A DNA stretch of 64,000 nucleotides from a bacterium (GCA_018675685.1 JABGXP010000014.1:81288-145287); one strand, 5' to 3'. Numbered from the stretch's first letter, positions 46,345 to 56,643 are shown. The notes: generated by a model from the sequence alone, not told the origin. Numbers and translations: made by a program.

Positions 46345-46752
46345 ATGAATATTTCAAACAATCAATATGCCGAACTTGCCAAATTCATTCTTGATGAATC
46401 GAAAGACAAGAAAGCAGCCAAGGAAGGTGTTGTTAAATTAGCAAAACTAATCGTTGAAAATCGTGATCAAGGTGGATTTGAGAGGATTGTAAAACAGTTT
46501 AACAATTTAATAGAGAAAGAGGCCGGAGTTGTAAATGTGAACATTGTCAGCGCAAAAGAACTATCCAGCAAACAAGAGAAGCTTTTACAGGAGTCTATTG
46601 CAAAGAAATTGGACATCAAAAAAGATTTAATTGAAATTTTCAAGGAAGTTGATGAATCATTAATAGGCGGGATTAGTATTCAGATTGGAGCGAAAGTTAT
46701 AGATGGAAGTTTGAGGGCTAAAATAGAGAAATTGGAAAATTCACTACTATAA
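46345..46752 (+). CDS. atpH: F0F1 ATP synthase subunit delta (short, 135 aa)
   Basis: C-terminal LIGGISIQIGAKVIDGSLRAKIEKL, typical of delta/OSCP. Operon position supports the call. Confidence 0.75.
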   Translation: MNISNNQYAELAKFILDESKDKKAAKEGVVKLAKLIVENRDQGGFERIVKQFNNLIEKEAGVVNVNIVSAKELSSKQEKLLQESIAKKLDIKKDLIEIFKEVDESLIGGISIQIGAKVIDGSLRAKIEKLENSLL

Positions 46753-46785
46753 ACTATAAACTAACTTATAAATATCCTAAAAGAT

Positions 46786-48369
46786 ATGAACAAAGATTAT
46801 ATAATTGACGAACTTAAGAAACAAATTGCGAATGTTGATACCTCTTCAGAACTGAAAAGTGTCGGGAAAGTATTAGAAGTTGGAGACGGAGTGGCAAAAG
46901 TCGCTGGTCTTGATGATCTGATGATGTCTGAGATGGTTAAATTCGACACAGAAGATGGAGAAAACCTATTCGGTGTTGCATTGAACCTTGAAGATGGAAG
47001 AATTGGTGTAATCATCATTGGAGAAGTTTCGAGGGTAAGAGAGGGAATGAAGGTTTCTGCGACTGGTAAAATTCTTTCAATCCCGGTTTCTGATGAAATG
47101 ATTGGACGAGTTGTTGATCCAATCGGAACGATTATTGATGATGGTGATCAAATCAAAAAAGGGGAGTATTATCCAATCGAAAAAATTGCACCTGGTGTGA
47201 TGACTCGAGCTGGCGTTAGCCAACCTTTGCAAACCGGAATCAAATCAATTGATTCAATGATTCCAATTGGACGAGGACAAAGAGAATTGATTATTGGGGA
47301 TCGACAAACTGGAAAAACCGCAATTGCAATTGATACAATTATCAATCAAAAAGGTGAAGATGTGATTTGTATCTATGTTGCGATTGGACAAAAGAAATCA
47401 AAAATTGCTCAAATTGTTGAAAAGTTGAAAGAAAATGACGCAATGGAGCATACAATTATTGTTGTTGCTGGTTCTTCTGATCCTGCTGCATTTTCATTCA
47501 TTTCTCCATATTCTGGATGCGCAATTGGTGAATATTTCATGGAACAAGGAAAAGATGTACTAATTGTGTTTGATGATCTTTCTAAGCATGCTTGGGCATA
47601 TCGACAACTTTCATTACTTCTAAAGAGACCGCCAGGGCGAGAAGCATATCCTGGAGATGTTTTCTATTTACATTCAAGGCTTCTAGAGAGAAGTGCTAAA
47701 TTGAACAAAGAGAATGGCGGTGCTTCAATGACTGCTTTGCCAATCATTGAAACTCAAGCTGGAGATATTTCGGCATTTATTCCTACAAATGTGATTTCAA
47801 TTACAGATGGTCAAATTTTCTTGGAGTCAGATTTGTTTTATCAAGGAATTCGGCCAGCTATTAATGTCGGTCTTTCAGTTTCACGTGTAGGCTCTGCTGC
47901 TCAAACAAAAGCGATGAAAAAAGTTGCTGGTAAGATCAAGCTGGAATTAGCACAATTTCGAGAATTGGAAGCTTTCACAAAATTTGGTTCAGAATTGGAT
48001 GATCGAACAAAGCAAAAGATTGATCGAGGATACCGAACAATTGAAATTCTAAAACAAGCTCAATATGCTTCAATGCTAATGGAGGATCAAGTTGCAATCA
48101 TGTGGGCTTTGACAAAGGGATATATCGATGAAGTGGAAGTGGAAAAAGTAAAGGAGTGGGAAGCAAAGTTCAGTGAATATATGCAAAAAACTGGCAAAGA
48201 CGCTTTGAGGGCAATTAAAGAGGAAAAGAATATTTCTGAAGAACTCGAAGAGAAGCTAGTTAGCTTAACTGAGGATTTCAATAGTACCTGGAAGGAAGAG
48301 AATGAAGAGGAACAAGAAAAAGAAGAAAAGGAGGAGAAGAAAGAGGTACAGATGAAAAAGGCCGAGTAA
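46786..48369 (+). CDS. atpA: F0F1 ATP synthase subunit alpha, with about 25-aa K/E-rich C-terminal extension
   Basis: GDRQTGKTAIAIDTI P-loop, with the remainder highly conserved. The tail is NEEEQEKEEKEEKKEVQMKKAE. Confidence 0.97.
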   Translation: MNKDYIIDELKKQIANVDTSSELKSVGKVLEVGDGVAKVAGLDDLMMSEMVKFDTEDGENLFGVALNLEDGRIGVIIIGEVSRVREGMKVSATGKILSIPVSDEMIGRVVDPIGTIIDDGDQIKKGEYYPIEKIAPGVMTRAGVSQPLQTGIKSIDSMIPIGRGQRELIIGDRQTGKTAIAIDTIINQKGEDVICIYVAIGQKKSKIAQIVEKLKENDAMEHTIIVVAGSSDPAAFSFISPYSGCAIGEYFMEQGKDVLIVFDDLSKHAWAYRQLSLLLKRPPGREAYPGDVFYLHSRLLERSAKLNKENGGASMTALPIIETQAGDISAFIPTNVISITDGQIFLESDLFYQGIRPAINVGLSVSRVGSAAQTKAMKKVAGKIKLELAQFRELEAFTKFGSELDDRTKQKIDRGYRTIEILKQAQYASMLMEDQVAIMWALTKGYIDEVEVEKVKEWEAKFSEYMQKTGKDALRAIKEEKNISEELEEKLVSLTEDFNSTWKEENEEEQEKEEKEEKKEVQMKKAE

Positions 48370-48402
48370 TAATAAAAGAATAATTTAATTTCCAGCAATA
48401 AT

Positions 48403-49368
48403 ATGGCAGGTAATTCAAAGGAAATACAACGAAGAATAAAGTCTATTGGAAATACTCGAAAAATTACTCGGGCTATGGAGATGGTTTCAGCATCCAAGAT
48501 GAAAAAAGAGATTAATCGGGTGTTGCAAGTCAGGGAATATGCACGAGCTTCTTGGGGTGTTTTGACAAACCTTTCGAAGGCTTTTGATCGACTGGAGCAC
48601 GGTCTCTTGGAGGTGCGTGAAGTTAAACGAGTTTTGATAGTGCTAATCACTTCAAACAGAGGTTTATGCGGAGCATATAATGCTCAAATAATTAAAAAAC
48701 TTTCCCAGCAAGTGAAAAATCCGAAATTGTTGAAAATTAACAGAATCGGGAATGAGAAAATTGGTTCAACGATAAAAGATGAAGATTTGGAGTTTGATTA
48801 TATTGCTGTTGGAAAAAAAGGTTTTAATTATCTTGCAAGGCGAGACAAGGATGTAGTTGCAAGTTTTGAAGATTTCAATTATTCGCCTTCAGTTGAGGCA
48901 GTCAGGTCACTGGCTAGAATTGTGATTGATGACTATGTAAGTGGAAAATATGATAAAGTTGTGGTTGCGTATACTGATTTTAAGAATACAGCCGTTCAAG
49001 TGCCAAAACTGAGACAGCTTTTGCCAATTTCAAAGATTGATATCGAAAAGCAAATCGAAGAAATGAACAGAGAAGATGATGTTAAAGATCTAAAAGAGAA
49101 AGAAGAGATTATTGATTACAAGATTGAACCAAAGCCGATCAAAGTTCTTCAGCAACTTTTGCCAAGGTTAGTGGAGGTGCAACTGTACCATGCAGTGCTT
49201 GAATCAAACGCTTCAAAAGAATCAGCAAGAATGTTGGCAATGAAGAATGCCTCTGATGCGGCAGCTGATATGATAACAGAATTGCAATATTCATATAATC
49301 AGATTCGTCAGACAGGAATTACGCAAGAGATTGCGGAAATTACTTCTGGTCGAGCTGCATTGGAATAA
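48403..49368 (+). CDS. atpG: F0F1 ATP synthase subunit gamma
   Basis: IQRRIKSIGNTRKITRAMEMVSASKM at the N-terminus and ITQEIAEITSGRAALE at the C-terminus. Confidence 0.93.
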   Translation: MAGNSKEIQRRIKSIGNTRKITRAMEMVSASKMKKEINRVLQVREYARASWGVLTNLSKAFDRLEHGLLEVREVKRVLIVLITSNRGLCGAYNAQIIKKLSQQVKNPKLLKINRIGNEKIGSTIKDEDLEFDYIAVGKKGFNYLARRDKDVVASFEDFNYSPSVEAVRSLARIVIDDYVSGKYDKVVVAYTDFKNTAVQVPKLRQLLPISKIDIEKQIEEMNREDDVKDLKEKEEIIDYKIEPKPIKVLQQLLPRLVEVQLYHAVLESNASKESARMLAMKNASDAAADMITELQYSYNQIRQTGITQEIAEITSGRAALE

Positions 49369-49390
49369 AAAAGGACATAATTAATTTTAG

Positions 49391-50809
<1,419 letters not shown>

Positions 50810-50832
50810 CAAAGGAATTATTAATAGTGTAA

Positions 50833-51285
50833 ATGATGAAAACCATTAAACTTAAAGTTACTACACCAGAGCGAGTTGTTTTGGAGACCCAGGTGGAACA
50901 AATAACACTTTCAACGCAGGTTGGTAAGGTTACAATCTTGCCAAATCATGTGCCGCTCCTCAGCATTATCGTTCCTGGAATAATTGAAACCAAACAAGAG
51001 GGTCAAATAGAGCATATGGCCACCTCAGGAGGTTTTTTGGAGTTTCATGATAATGAGCTCACAATCTTGGCCGACACCGCTGAGAGGGCTGATGAGATTG
51101 ATCTGGAGCGTGCCCAAGAGGCAAGAGAGAAGGCAGCAGAAATGAAAAAAGATCAACAAATGCACATAGATGAAAATCAATATGCAATTGTTGTTTCTGG
51201 AATTGAAAAACAATTAGCAAGAATTAGGGTTGCAAAGAAATACCGACCGAAAGGACTCGGCAATAAAGGAGTGCCAAGAAATTAG
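50833..51285 (+). CDS. atpC: F0F1 ATP synthase subunit epsilon
   Basis: LKVTTPERVVL... beta-sandwich N-terminus and a C-terminal helical hairpin. It is the last gene of the operon. Confidence 0.9.
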   Translation: MMKTIKLKVTTPERVVLETQVEQITLSTQVGKVTILPNHVPLLSIIVPGIIETKQEGQIEHMATSGGFLEFHDNELTILADTAERADEIDLERAQEAREKAAEMKKDQQMHIDENQYAIVVSGIEKQLARIRVAKKYRPKGLGNKGVPRN

Positions 51286-51302
51286 CAATATTATGAAATA
51301 GG

Positions 51303-51341
51303 AAAGAGGGTAACCAGGAACTTTGGTCACCCTCTTTTTTG
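51303..51341 (+). terminator. rho-independent terminator of the atp operon
   Basis: aaagagggtaacc (51303-51315) / ggtcaccctcttt (51325-51337) with one mismatch, followed by tttttt. Confidence 0.75.
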
Positions 51342-51372
51342 AAAATCCTCTTTGCAAGACTTTTTAAAAAGA

Positions 51373-51401
51373 TTAACAAGGGTGGCCTTTCGTGGTATAA
51401 T
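51373..51401 (+). promoter_or_regulatory. putative orphan promoter in the atpC / fibre-operon spacer
   Basis: TTAACA (51373-51378), 17-nt spacer, TATAAT (51396-51401). No plus-strand CDS follows it. Confidence 0.4.
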
Positions 51402-51407
51402 GTTTGC

Positions 51408-51566
51408 GTATGTAATTGAAAATAAATACATACAAAAAAAGAGACGTGTTTGACTCCCGATTTAACGGAGGAAAACACAGAACCATAGATCCCGTTCATT
51501 GGAAGCGGGTTTTATGGTATATGGATATTAAATAGCAAAGAGAGTGTACAGTGCATTCTCTTTTTG
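51408..51566 (+). ncRNA. candidate structured small RNA (about 160 nt), family unknown
   Basis: Three hairpins lie between the orphan promoter and a terminator: gtatgta/tacatac (about 51407-51434), gtgttt-ctcc/ggag-aaacac (about 51446-51478), and accata-cccg/cggg-tatggt (about 51482-51519). The terminator is agagagtgta-cag-tgcattctct plus ttttt (51539-51565). Confidence 0.3.
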
Positions 51567-51571
51567 CAATA

Positions 51572-51601
51572 AATAATCATCGACTTTCATCGATGATTAT
51601 T
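51572..51601 (-). terminator. hairpin downstream of the minus-strand fibre operon (candidate terminator)
   Basis: Perfect 12-bp stem aataatcatcga / tcgatgattatt with loop ctttca. The minus-strand downstream sequence is T-rich (tatttatt). Confidence 0.45.
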
Positions 51602-51646
51602 AAAAATAGCTTTTTAGATTTGAGTTCTTTAATCTTAAATATCGAA

Positions 51647-52606
51647 TCAAGTTGTGCTTTTTCTTCCTAGCATTTCAAGGAGAGAGGGGAGTGCAAAGTG
51701 AACGACAATTCCAATTCCAATAGCTGAAAGTGGCACCCAGTAGAGCGCGTGACAATTTTCAAGGAGATACCAAGTTGCAACGAGAGCCGTTACTCCTGCA
51801 GTATCAAACTTCCAACCATAATCGCTGAGTTCTACATGTTTCCAGGTATTAGCAATAAGAGCTATTGCCAAAACGATAAGCGCTAGTACCCACGGCAACT
51901 TTTTTGTATTTTCGCAAGTAGTTGATGTCCCCTTAACATCTCCAGCATTTTCTGATCCTGCTCCTTCCTCGGAAATTATTGGTGTGTTTTCGCCGAGAAC
52001 TTCAGCCTCTTCTTCTGGTAAGTTCTCTGTTAGACCAAGCACGCGTCCTTGGTCAGTAAGAATATCTTCCTCGGTTTCATCTTCTGTTGCTACGCGTGAT
52101 TCTATTTCAAATTCAATATCAAATTTTGCTTCTAAGTTTTGATATTCATTACCAGCATCTTCATCGAATTTTATTTTAATGCGATATTCTTTGCCTTTTG
52201 TAGCGCTCAGACGGTCCATGTATAACTCTTCTTCATCTGCCTTTTTCAAGTCATAGCGGTCCCCTGGTCCGCCAATCCGATAACTCCCATTCTCAACCCT
52301 GATAACATATAGTTTCAATTCTTCTGCTAATTTCTTGTCACCCTTAAGGTCAATAGTAAAAAATAAATTAATATCATCTGTTTCGCTGTCATTTTCCACT
52401 CTAATAGTTTTCTTTTCTTGCCAACCAGGCAGGATGTTAGTGAAATCGAAAATAGCACTTTCATTTAAATTTGTTCCCACTGGATATTCAACATCGATTT
52501 TGTCATCTGCCCAAGCAATGTTTGTGAAAAAAACTCCACTAAAAAGCAAGCTTATTGTAAGTAAGAAGAATTTTTTCAGTCCAAATTTTATACCATCTTT
52601 TTTCAT
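51647..52606 (-). CDS. TasA/camelysin-like secreted domain with C-terminal multi-TM membrane anchor
   Basis: Conventional signal peptide ending AWA/DD. The core has FDFTNILPGWQEKKTIRVEN and GNEYQNLEAKFDIEFEIE, paralleling GNEYQGDQMTFNIELYAEQ in the 350-aa protein. An acidic linker follows, then hydrophobic helices (LPWVLALIVLAIALIANTW; VTALVATWYLL; YWVPLSAIGIGIVVHFALPSLL). The start overlaps the upstream stop (ATGA). Confidence 0.55.
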   Translation of the reverse strand: MKKDGIKFGLKKFFLLTISLLFSGVFFTNIAWADDKIDVEYPVGTNLNESAIFDFTNILPGWQEKKTIRVENDSETDDINLFFTIDLKGDKKLAEELKLYVIRVENGSYRIGGPGDRYDLKKADEEELYMDRLSATKGKEYRIKIKFDEDAGNEYQNLEAKFDIEFEIESRVATEDETEEDILTDQGRVLGLTENLPEEEAEVLGENTPIISEEGAGSENAGDVKGTSTTCENTKKLPWVLALIVLAIALIANTWKHVELSDYGWKFDTAGVTALVATWYLLENCHALYWVPLSAIGIGIVVHFALPSLLEMLGRKSTT

Positions 52607-54948
52607 GCCAATATGTTATTGATAATTAACATTACTATTTCTCCCAGATCATTCTCTTCCTCTTTTTTTTCTTCTTCCTTTAACTCTTCTTTTTCTTCTG
52701 ACTCTTCTTCTTTAATCGCTTCTAGTTCTACTTGTTCCTCTTTGGGTTCCTCAGATGTTTCGTTTTCTGCTTCCTCTGCTTTCTCGTCTTTTAATTCAGG
52801 GGTTTCATTGTTAGCTGATTCTTCTTCTACACTTTCCAATTTCTCTTCTTCTGGGGCTACCTCCTCTGCAATTTCTGGTATCGAGTCTTCTTCTTTGGAG
52901 TTTTCATTATTTAAATCAGAATCCTTGTCGTCAGTTTGGTTTTCTTCACTCTCAATAGAAGACTCTTCGCCCGAATCTTCTTCAGGTAGTTCAACTTGCT
53001 CAGTATCGGTTTGCTTTATGTTTTCTTCTTGGGCCTGATCAGTTTCTCCTTTAGAAGTATCCTCCCCTTTAATGGCATCGAGGAAAACTTCATCGCCATC
53101 TTCCTTTTTTTCATCTTCGTCTTCTTCTTGCGATTCCAAAGCAATTTCTGCTAGGATTTCGCGATAAACATCTTTGGGCATTTCATCATCATTTTCATCA
53201 TCTAAAAGACCCAAGTATTCCAAGAAAACTCCCTTGCAAAATGGATGTTCTTCCTCTCTGTCGAAATCTCTTTTGTCGAAACATTCTTCCAGAACTATTG
53301 CTTGATAATAATCTTTTTCATCGCTAGAGAGTTTGTTTTCTTTGCCTAAGCGAGGATTTGGGTCAACAAAAGGACCAACACCATCTGGGATTCGTTGAAA
53401 CGCTTTATTTTCAAAGAAATCGCTTGGCTTTTGATAATCATAGTGATCATTTTCAATTTCAACACTGCCATAACGAGCAATCAGATATAATTCACCGTTG
53501 TTGTTATTATCAAAGAATTCAGCTGGATTAAATTGTCCGTCTGCATACACAACTAGATCATCGCCAGCTGGAACAATGGTCTCACCACTATCTGAAGGGT
53601 TGTCATCATTGTCGCCGTTGGAAGTCGAAATAATAATTTCATCTCCGTCTTTATTGGCAATGATCCAACCAGCCACATCCCAGTCCTTGTCATCATTATT
53701 CCAAAGTTCAATCACTTCACCATTTGGCATTGGCGCTACGTCACTTCCAGATGGATTTGCCACAAACTCATTTAAAACTATTGGCAAGAGGTTTTGTCCA
53801 CCAGGCGTGCCATAGTTATTGATTTCATCTTCCCAAAAGTCAGTATCATTAGCAGCTGGGTGATTTGTCGTGAACCAATTTTTAGCATCCGTGCCATCTC
53901 CTGGGAGAGGCATTCTTTGCATTGAACGATAATCCGAACCATTTTCTCCTGCTGGCCAAGCTGAATCTTTCCAGGCGACGTCAACTGTTGTACCAGCTTT
54001 GTTTGCAAGTAAAAGTCCCTCGCCGTCATTGTGGAGACTCACATTTGATTTATGGGTGATTCCTTTATCAGAGTCTAGATTGCTGGAGAGGCCAATAGCT
54101 GTTTCATTCCATTTTTTTCTCAAGATCAAGAAATATCCATTAGCTTTGATGCTATATCCATGTGGAATTTCTAGGTGTGCCATTGCCCCTGCGCCATGGC
54201 CAAGACCATGAACATTCCAATTTGAAAGGTCAATCTCTTTGTCTGTCATGTTGCGAAGTTCAATCCATTCGTCAGAACTTCCTTCTTCTGATCCCATCCA
54301 CATAATCTCGTTGATAACAACAGCTTGGCTAGCTGACCACTGGTCGGAAGTAACACGGTTACTCGTAGTTTCAATATCAGAAAAGCCATCAGCTCCATGG
54401 GTCGAACCTGTTTGCCAAGCTTCAAATTTAAAATCAAAATCACAAACTTTATCAGCCAGGGAAGGATTGCCATCAGTTAATTTAACGGTAAAGTTCCAAG
54501 TTTCTTTTGAAATATTTTGTGTACTCGAAAAAAGATAGTCAGCTAATTTTTGATAGGTATTTGTTTGATCGTCTTTGATTTCCAATTTTTCACAAAGATC
54601 TAAGTCGCCAGAAAGATTTGTAGTTGAAACTTTGTAATTAAAATCCAGTATCCCGAGTTTTGAAAGCGAAACAGATTTAGAAGTTTCTGTGGAGGGTGAA
54701 ACTTTGGGAGAGAAACTGTCGTCGGAAGGAATGGAAAAGTCTAGAGTGGAAGCGCCCAGAGTGTTATTTGCGCCCTCTTCTTTGTCTGAAAAACTAGCAT
54801 TAGTGCCCCCAGGAAAATTCAGTGAAAAAGAAAAAACTGATATCAAAAGACAAATTCCCACTTTTTTGAGCGAGCTTAGGATTCTTCTTGTGATAACTGA
54901 TTTATATCTCCTTTTCTTCTTTGACATCGTCTTTTTTAGTATTATCAT
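52603..54948 (-). CDS. SipW-type-signal TasA-like domain fused to two lamin-tail domains and a roughly 230-aa acidic tail
   Basis: N-terminus ...LLISVFSFSLNFPGGTNASFSDKEEGANNTLGASTLDFS, a SipW-cognate-type signal. The TasA-like core ends CDFDFKFEAWQ. Two LTD-like units are present (VVINEIMWMGSEEGSSDEWIELRNMTDKEIDLSNW...; IVLNEFVANPSG...GEVIELWNNDDKDWDVAGW...). The C-terminus is extremely D/E-rich. The start is 54948 or 54927. Confidence 0.65.
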   Translation of the reverse strand: MIILKKTMSKKKRRYKSVITRRILSSLKKVGICLLISVFSFSLNFPGGTNASFSDKEEGANNTLGASTLDFSIPSDDSFSPKVSPSTETSKSVSLSKLGILDFNYKVSTTNLSGDLDLCEKLEIKDDQTNTYQKLADYLFSSTQNISKETWNFTVKLTDGNPSLADKVCDFDFKFEAWQTGSTHGADGFSDIETTSNRVTSDQWSASQAVVINEIMWMGSEEGSSDEWIELRNMTDKEIDLSNWNVHGLGHGAGAMAHLEIPHGYSIKANGYFLILRKKWNETAIGLSSNLDSDKGITHKSNVSLHNDGEGLLLANKAGTTVDVAWKDSAWPAGENGSDYRSMQRMPLPGDGTDAKNWFTTNHPAANDTDFWEDEINNYGTPGGQNLLPIVLNEFVANPSGSDVAPMPNGEVIELWNNDDKDWDVAGWIIANKDGDEIIISTSNGDNDDNPSDSGETIVPAGDDLVVYADGQFNPAEFFDNNNNGELYLIARYGSVEIENDHYDYQKPSDFFENKAFQRIPDGVGPFVDPNPRLGKENKLSSDEKDYYQAIVLEECFDKRDFDREEEHPFCKGVFLEYLGLLDDENDDEMPKDVYREILAEIALESQEEDEDEKKEDGDEVFLDAIKGEDTSKGETDQAQEENIKQTDTEQVELPEEDSGEESSIESEENQTDDKDSDLNNENSKEEDSIPEIAEEVAPEEEKLESVEEESANNETPELKDEKAEEAENETSEEPKEEQVELEAIKEEESEEKEELKEEEKKEEENDLGEIVMLIINNILA

Positions 54949-55495
54949 TCTCTAATTCATCTGCTTTGCGTTTTTTTGTTCTTCTTCGATAATCAAGTTT
55001 TTTCAATATTTCTTTCTTGATGGTCAAAATTTCATCATAGATAATAATAACTGCGGGAACAATGATGATTAGAACAAAACCAATCGGTTTTTGCGCAGCA
55101 TTCACGGCATATCCTAAAAATGGAACAGAGAAGAGCACTTTTCCAATAACTTCATTTTTTGAGACTTGTTTGTGGTCTTTCGCATTATTAGCATCTCCTT
55201 TAGTGATGTATTTTTCGATATCGTCATTTTTTTCTATGGCTGTGATTCTATGTGTGGTCGGTGTTTTCATTTTGGAGGACTCTCCAAAAGTGATCACATC
55301 ACCAACTTGATAATTTTCAGCTGGTTTTGTGGCTACTATGCTTCCTGTGCGAATTTTTGGTTCCATTGAGCCAGAAAGCACGATAAATGATTTATAACCA
55401 CCTTTTATGGGAATAGCAGACAGAACTAAAAAAACGGCAATAATTGCAATTGCAAGGATAAATAGGTAATAGAAAGTTTTGAAGATTTTTTTCAT
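54902..55495 (-). CDS. sipW: signal peptidase I, SipW (archaeal/ER) type
   Basis: N-terminal TM, VLSGSMEPKIRTGSIV (Ser box), VGDVITF, PTTHRITAI (His box), ITKGDANNAKD, a second TM, and a basic/acidic C-terminal tail. Confidence 0.85.
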   Translation of the reverse strand: MKKIFKTFYYLFILAIAIIAVFLVLSAIPIKGGYKSFIVLSGSMEPKIRTGSIVATKPAENYQVGDVITFGESSKMKTPTTHRITAIEKNDDIEKYITKGDANNAKDHKQVSKNEVIGKVLFSVPFLGYAVNAAQKPIGFVLIIIVPAVIIIYDEILTIKKEILKKLDYRRRTKKRKADELENDNTKKDDVKEEKEI

Positions 55496-55590
55496 TAGAG
55501 GTGTGTTTCTTGGTAGTTGCTTGTTTAAAAACAGGAATAGTTAACTTATTGACTGCCCGAGAGTTCAGGCAGTCTAAAGTCAACTAACTA

Positions 55591-56643
55591 TTAGTAAGAA
55601 CTAACTATTAGTAAGTCAGTATCTTCATACCAAATCAAACCAGTCTCCCAGAGCCATTTGTCCATTTGAGTCCATTGAATAGCTCCATCATTCCATGCAG
55701 TCTTTGGGAGCAACCAAACCTTAACATCTTTCATGTCTTTTCCAAGCTCCATATCTCCGGTGAAATTGATATCACCACTTCCGTTTGATATGCTTTCTCC
55801 TAGGTATGTATCAACATTAGTACCACCATCATATCCAGCAGCTAATACATACGTTGTGTTAGGCAAAGCAACTTTTCCGTCAAATTCAAAATCAAAAGTT
55901 GGATTTTTAACTTCATAGGTTAGTGTGCCTTTGAAATCATCATCTTGAAGCACGTTCCAAGGTCCAGAAGTGTCTTTATTTTCTAGCCAAGCCTCCCCAT
56001 GAAGTTGTTCAGCATAGAGCTCAATGTTGAAAGTCATTTGATCACCTTGATATTCGTTGCCAGCGTTTTCATTCATGTGATAGCTTTGTCTAACTTGCAT
56101 GTAGCCATTAGCAGGAATCATTCCTAAGAACACTTTTTTAGCACCAGCATAGACATCATCAAGAGTTTTACCTTCTGAATCAAGGTAGAGGGTTTGTTCC
56201 CAGATAGGAGTATTACTTGAATCGTATACTTCAACGTATAGATCATAAATAATAACACTAGAGAGATCATTATTGTCAGTTGCACCACCCCAAGAACAAG
56301 CATCATTACTCCAATTACCACCTTGGCCATCACATTCAGGCTCTGATACTACACCTGTTATTTCTACAATTTCGGTGATATCCTTCCAAACATTAACAGG
56401 GTTTGCACTCTCTCCCTCATTTTCAATTTCAAAGTTGATATAATCGATATAATCTGGTTTCATGTCATCCATGGCGAAGCTTTCACTCCAAGGATTCATG
56501 TTATTTACTGAAATATCAATTGTTCCAGCAGTGAAAGTGTTGCCGACTGATTTTTCTTCATCTGAAAAATAGGCTACCGTACCACCGATTGCTACTGCTG
56601 CAACGGCTGTGATAACCATTAAACTTTTTAAAATCTTTTTCAT
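55591..56643 (-). CDS. TasA/camelysin-family (peptidase M73-like) secreted protein, candidate major fibre subunit, with extra C-terminal domain
   Basis: N-terminus MKKILKSLMVITAVAAVAIGGTVAYFSDEEKSVGNTFTAGTIDISV is the hallmark SipW-cognate signal plus the mature N-terminus of the TasA/CalY family. The core ends NEYQGDQMTFNIELYAEQ, and about 130 further residues follow. Confidence 0.75.
   Translation of the reverse strand: MKKILKSLMVITAVAAVAIGGTVAYFSDEEKSVGNTFTAGTIDISVNNMNPWSESFAMDDMKPDYIDYINFEIENEGESANPVNVWKDITEIVEITGVVSEPECDGQGGNWSNDACSWGGATDNNDLSSVIIYDLYVEVYDSSNTPIWEQTLYLDSEGKTLDDVYAGAKKVFLGMIPANGYMQVRQSYHMNENAGNEYQGDQMTFNIELYAEQLHGEAWLENKDTSGPWNVLQDDDFKGTLTYEVKNPTFDFEFDGKVALPNTTYVLAAGYDGGTNVDTYLGESISNGSGDINFTGDMELGKDMKDVKVWLLPKTAWNDGAIQWTQMDKWLWETGLIWYEDTDLLIVSSY

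Noticed and set aside
51408-51566. Assigning the candidate sRNA to SRP (4.5S) RNA because of a GGAAGC element
   Set aside because: It forms no long single hairpin, and the conserved domain IV motifs (the symmetric/asymmetric loops and GNRA-capped helix 8) are not present. I left it as an unknown family at low confidence.
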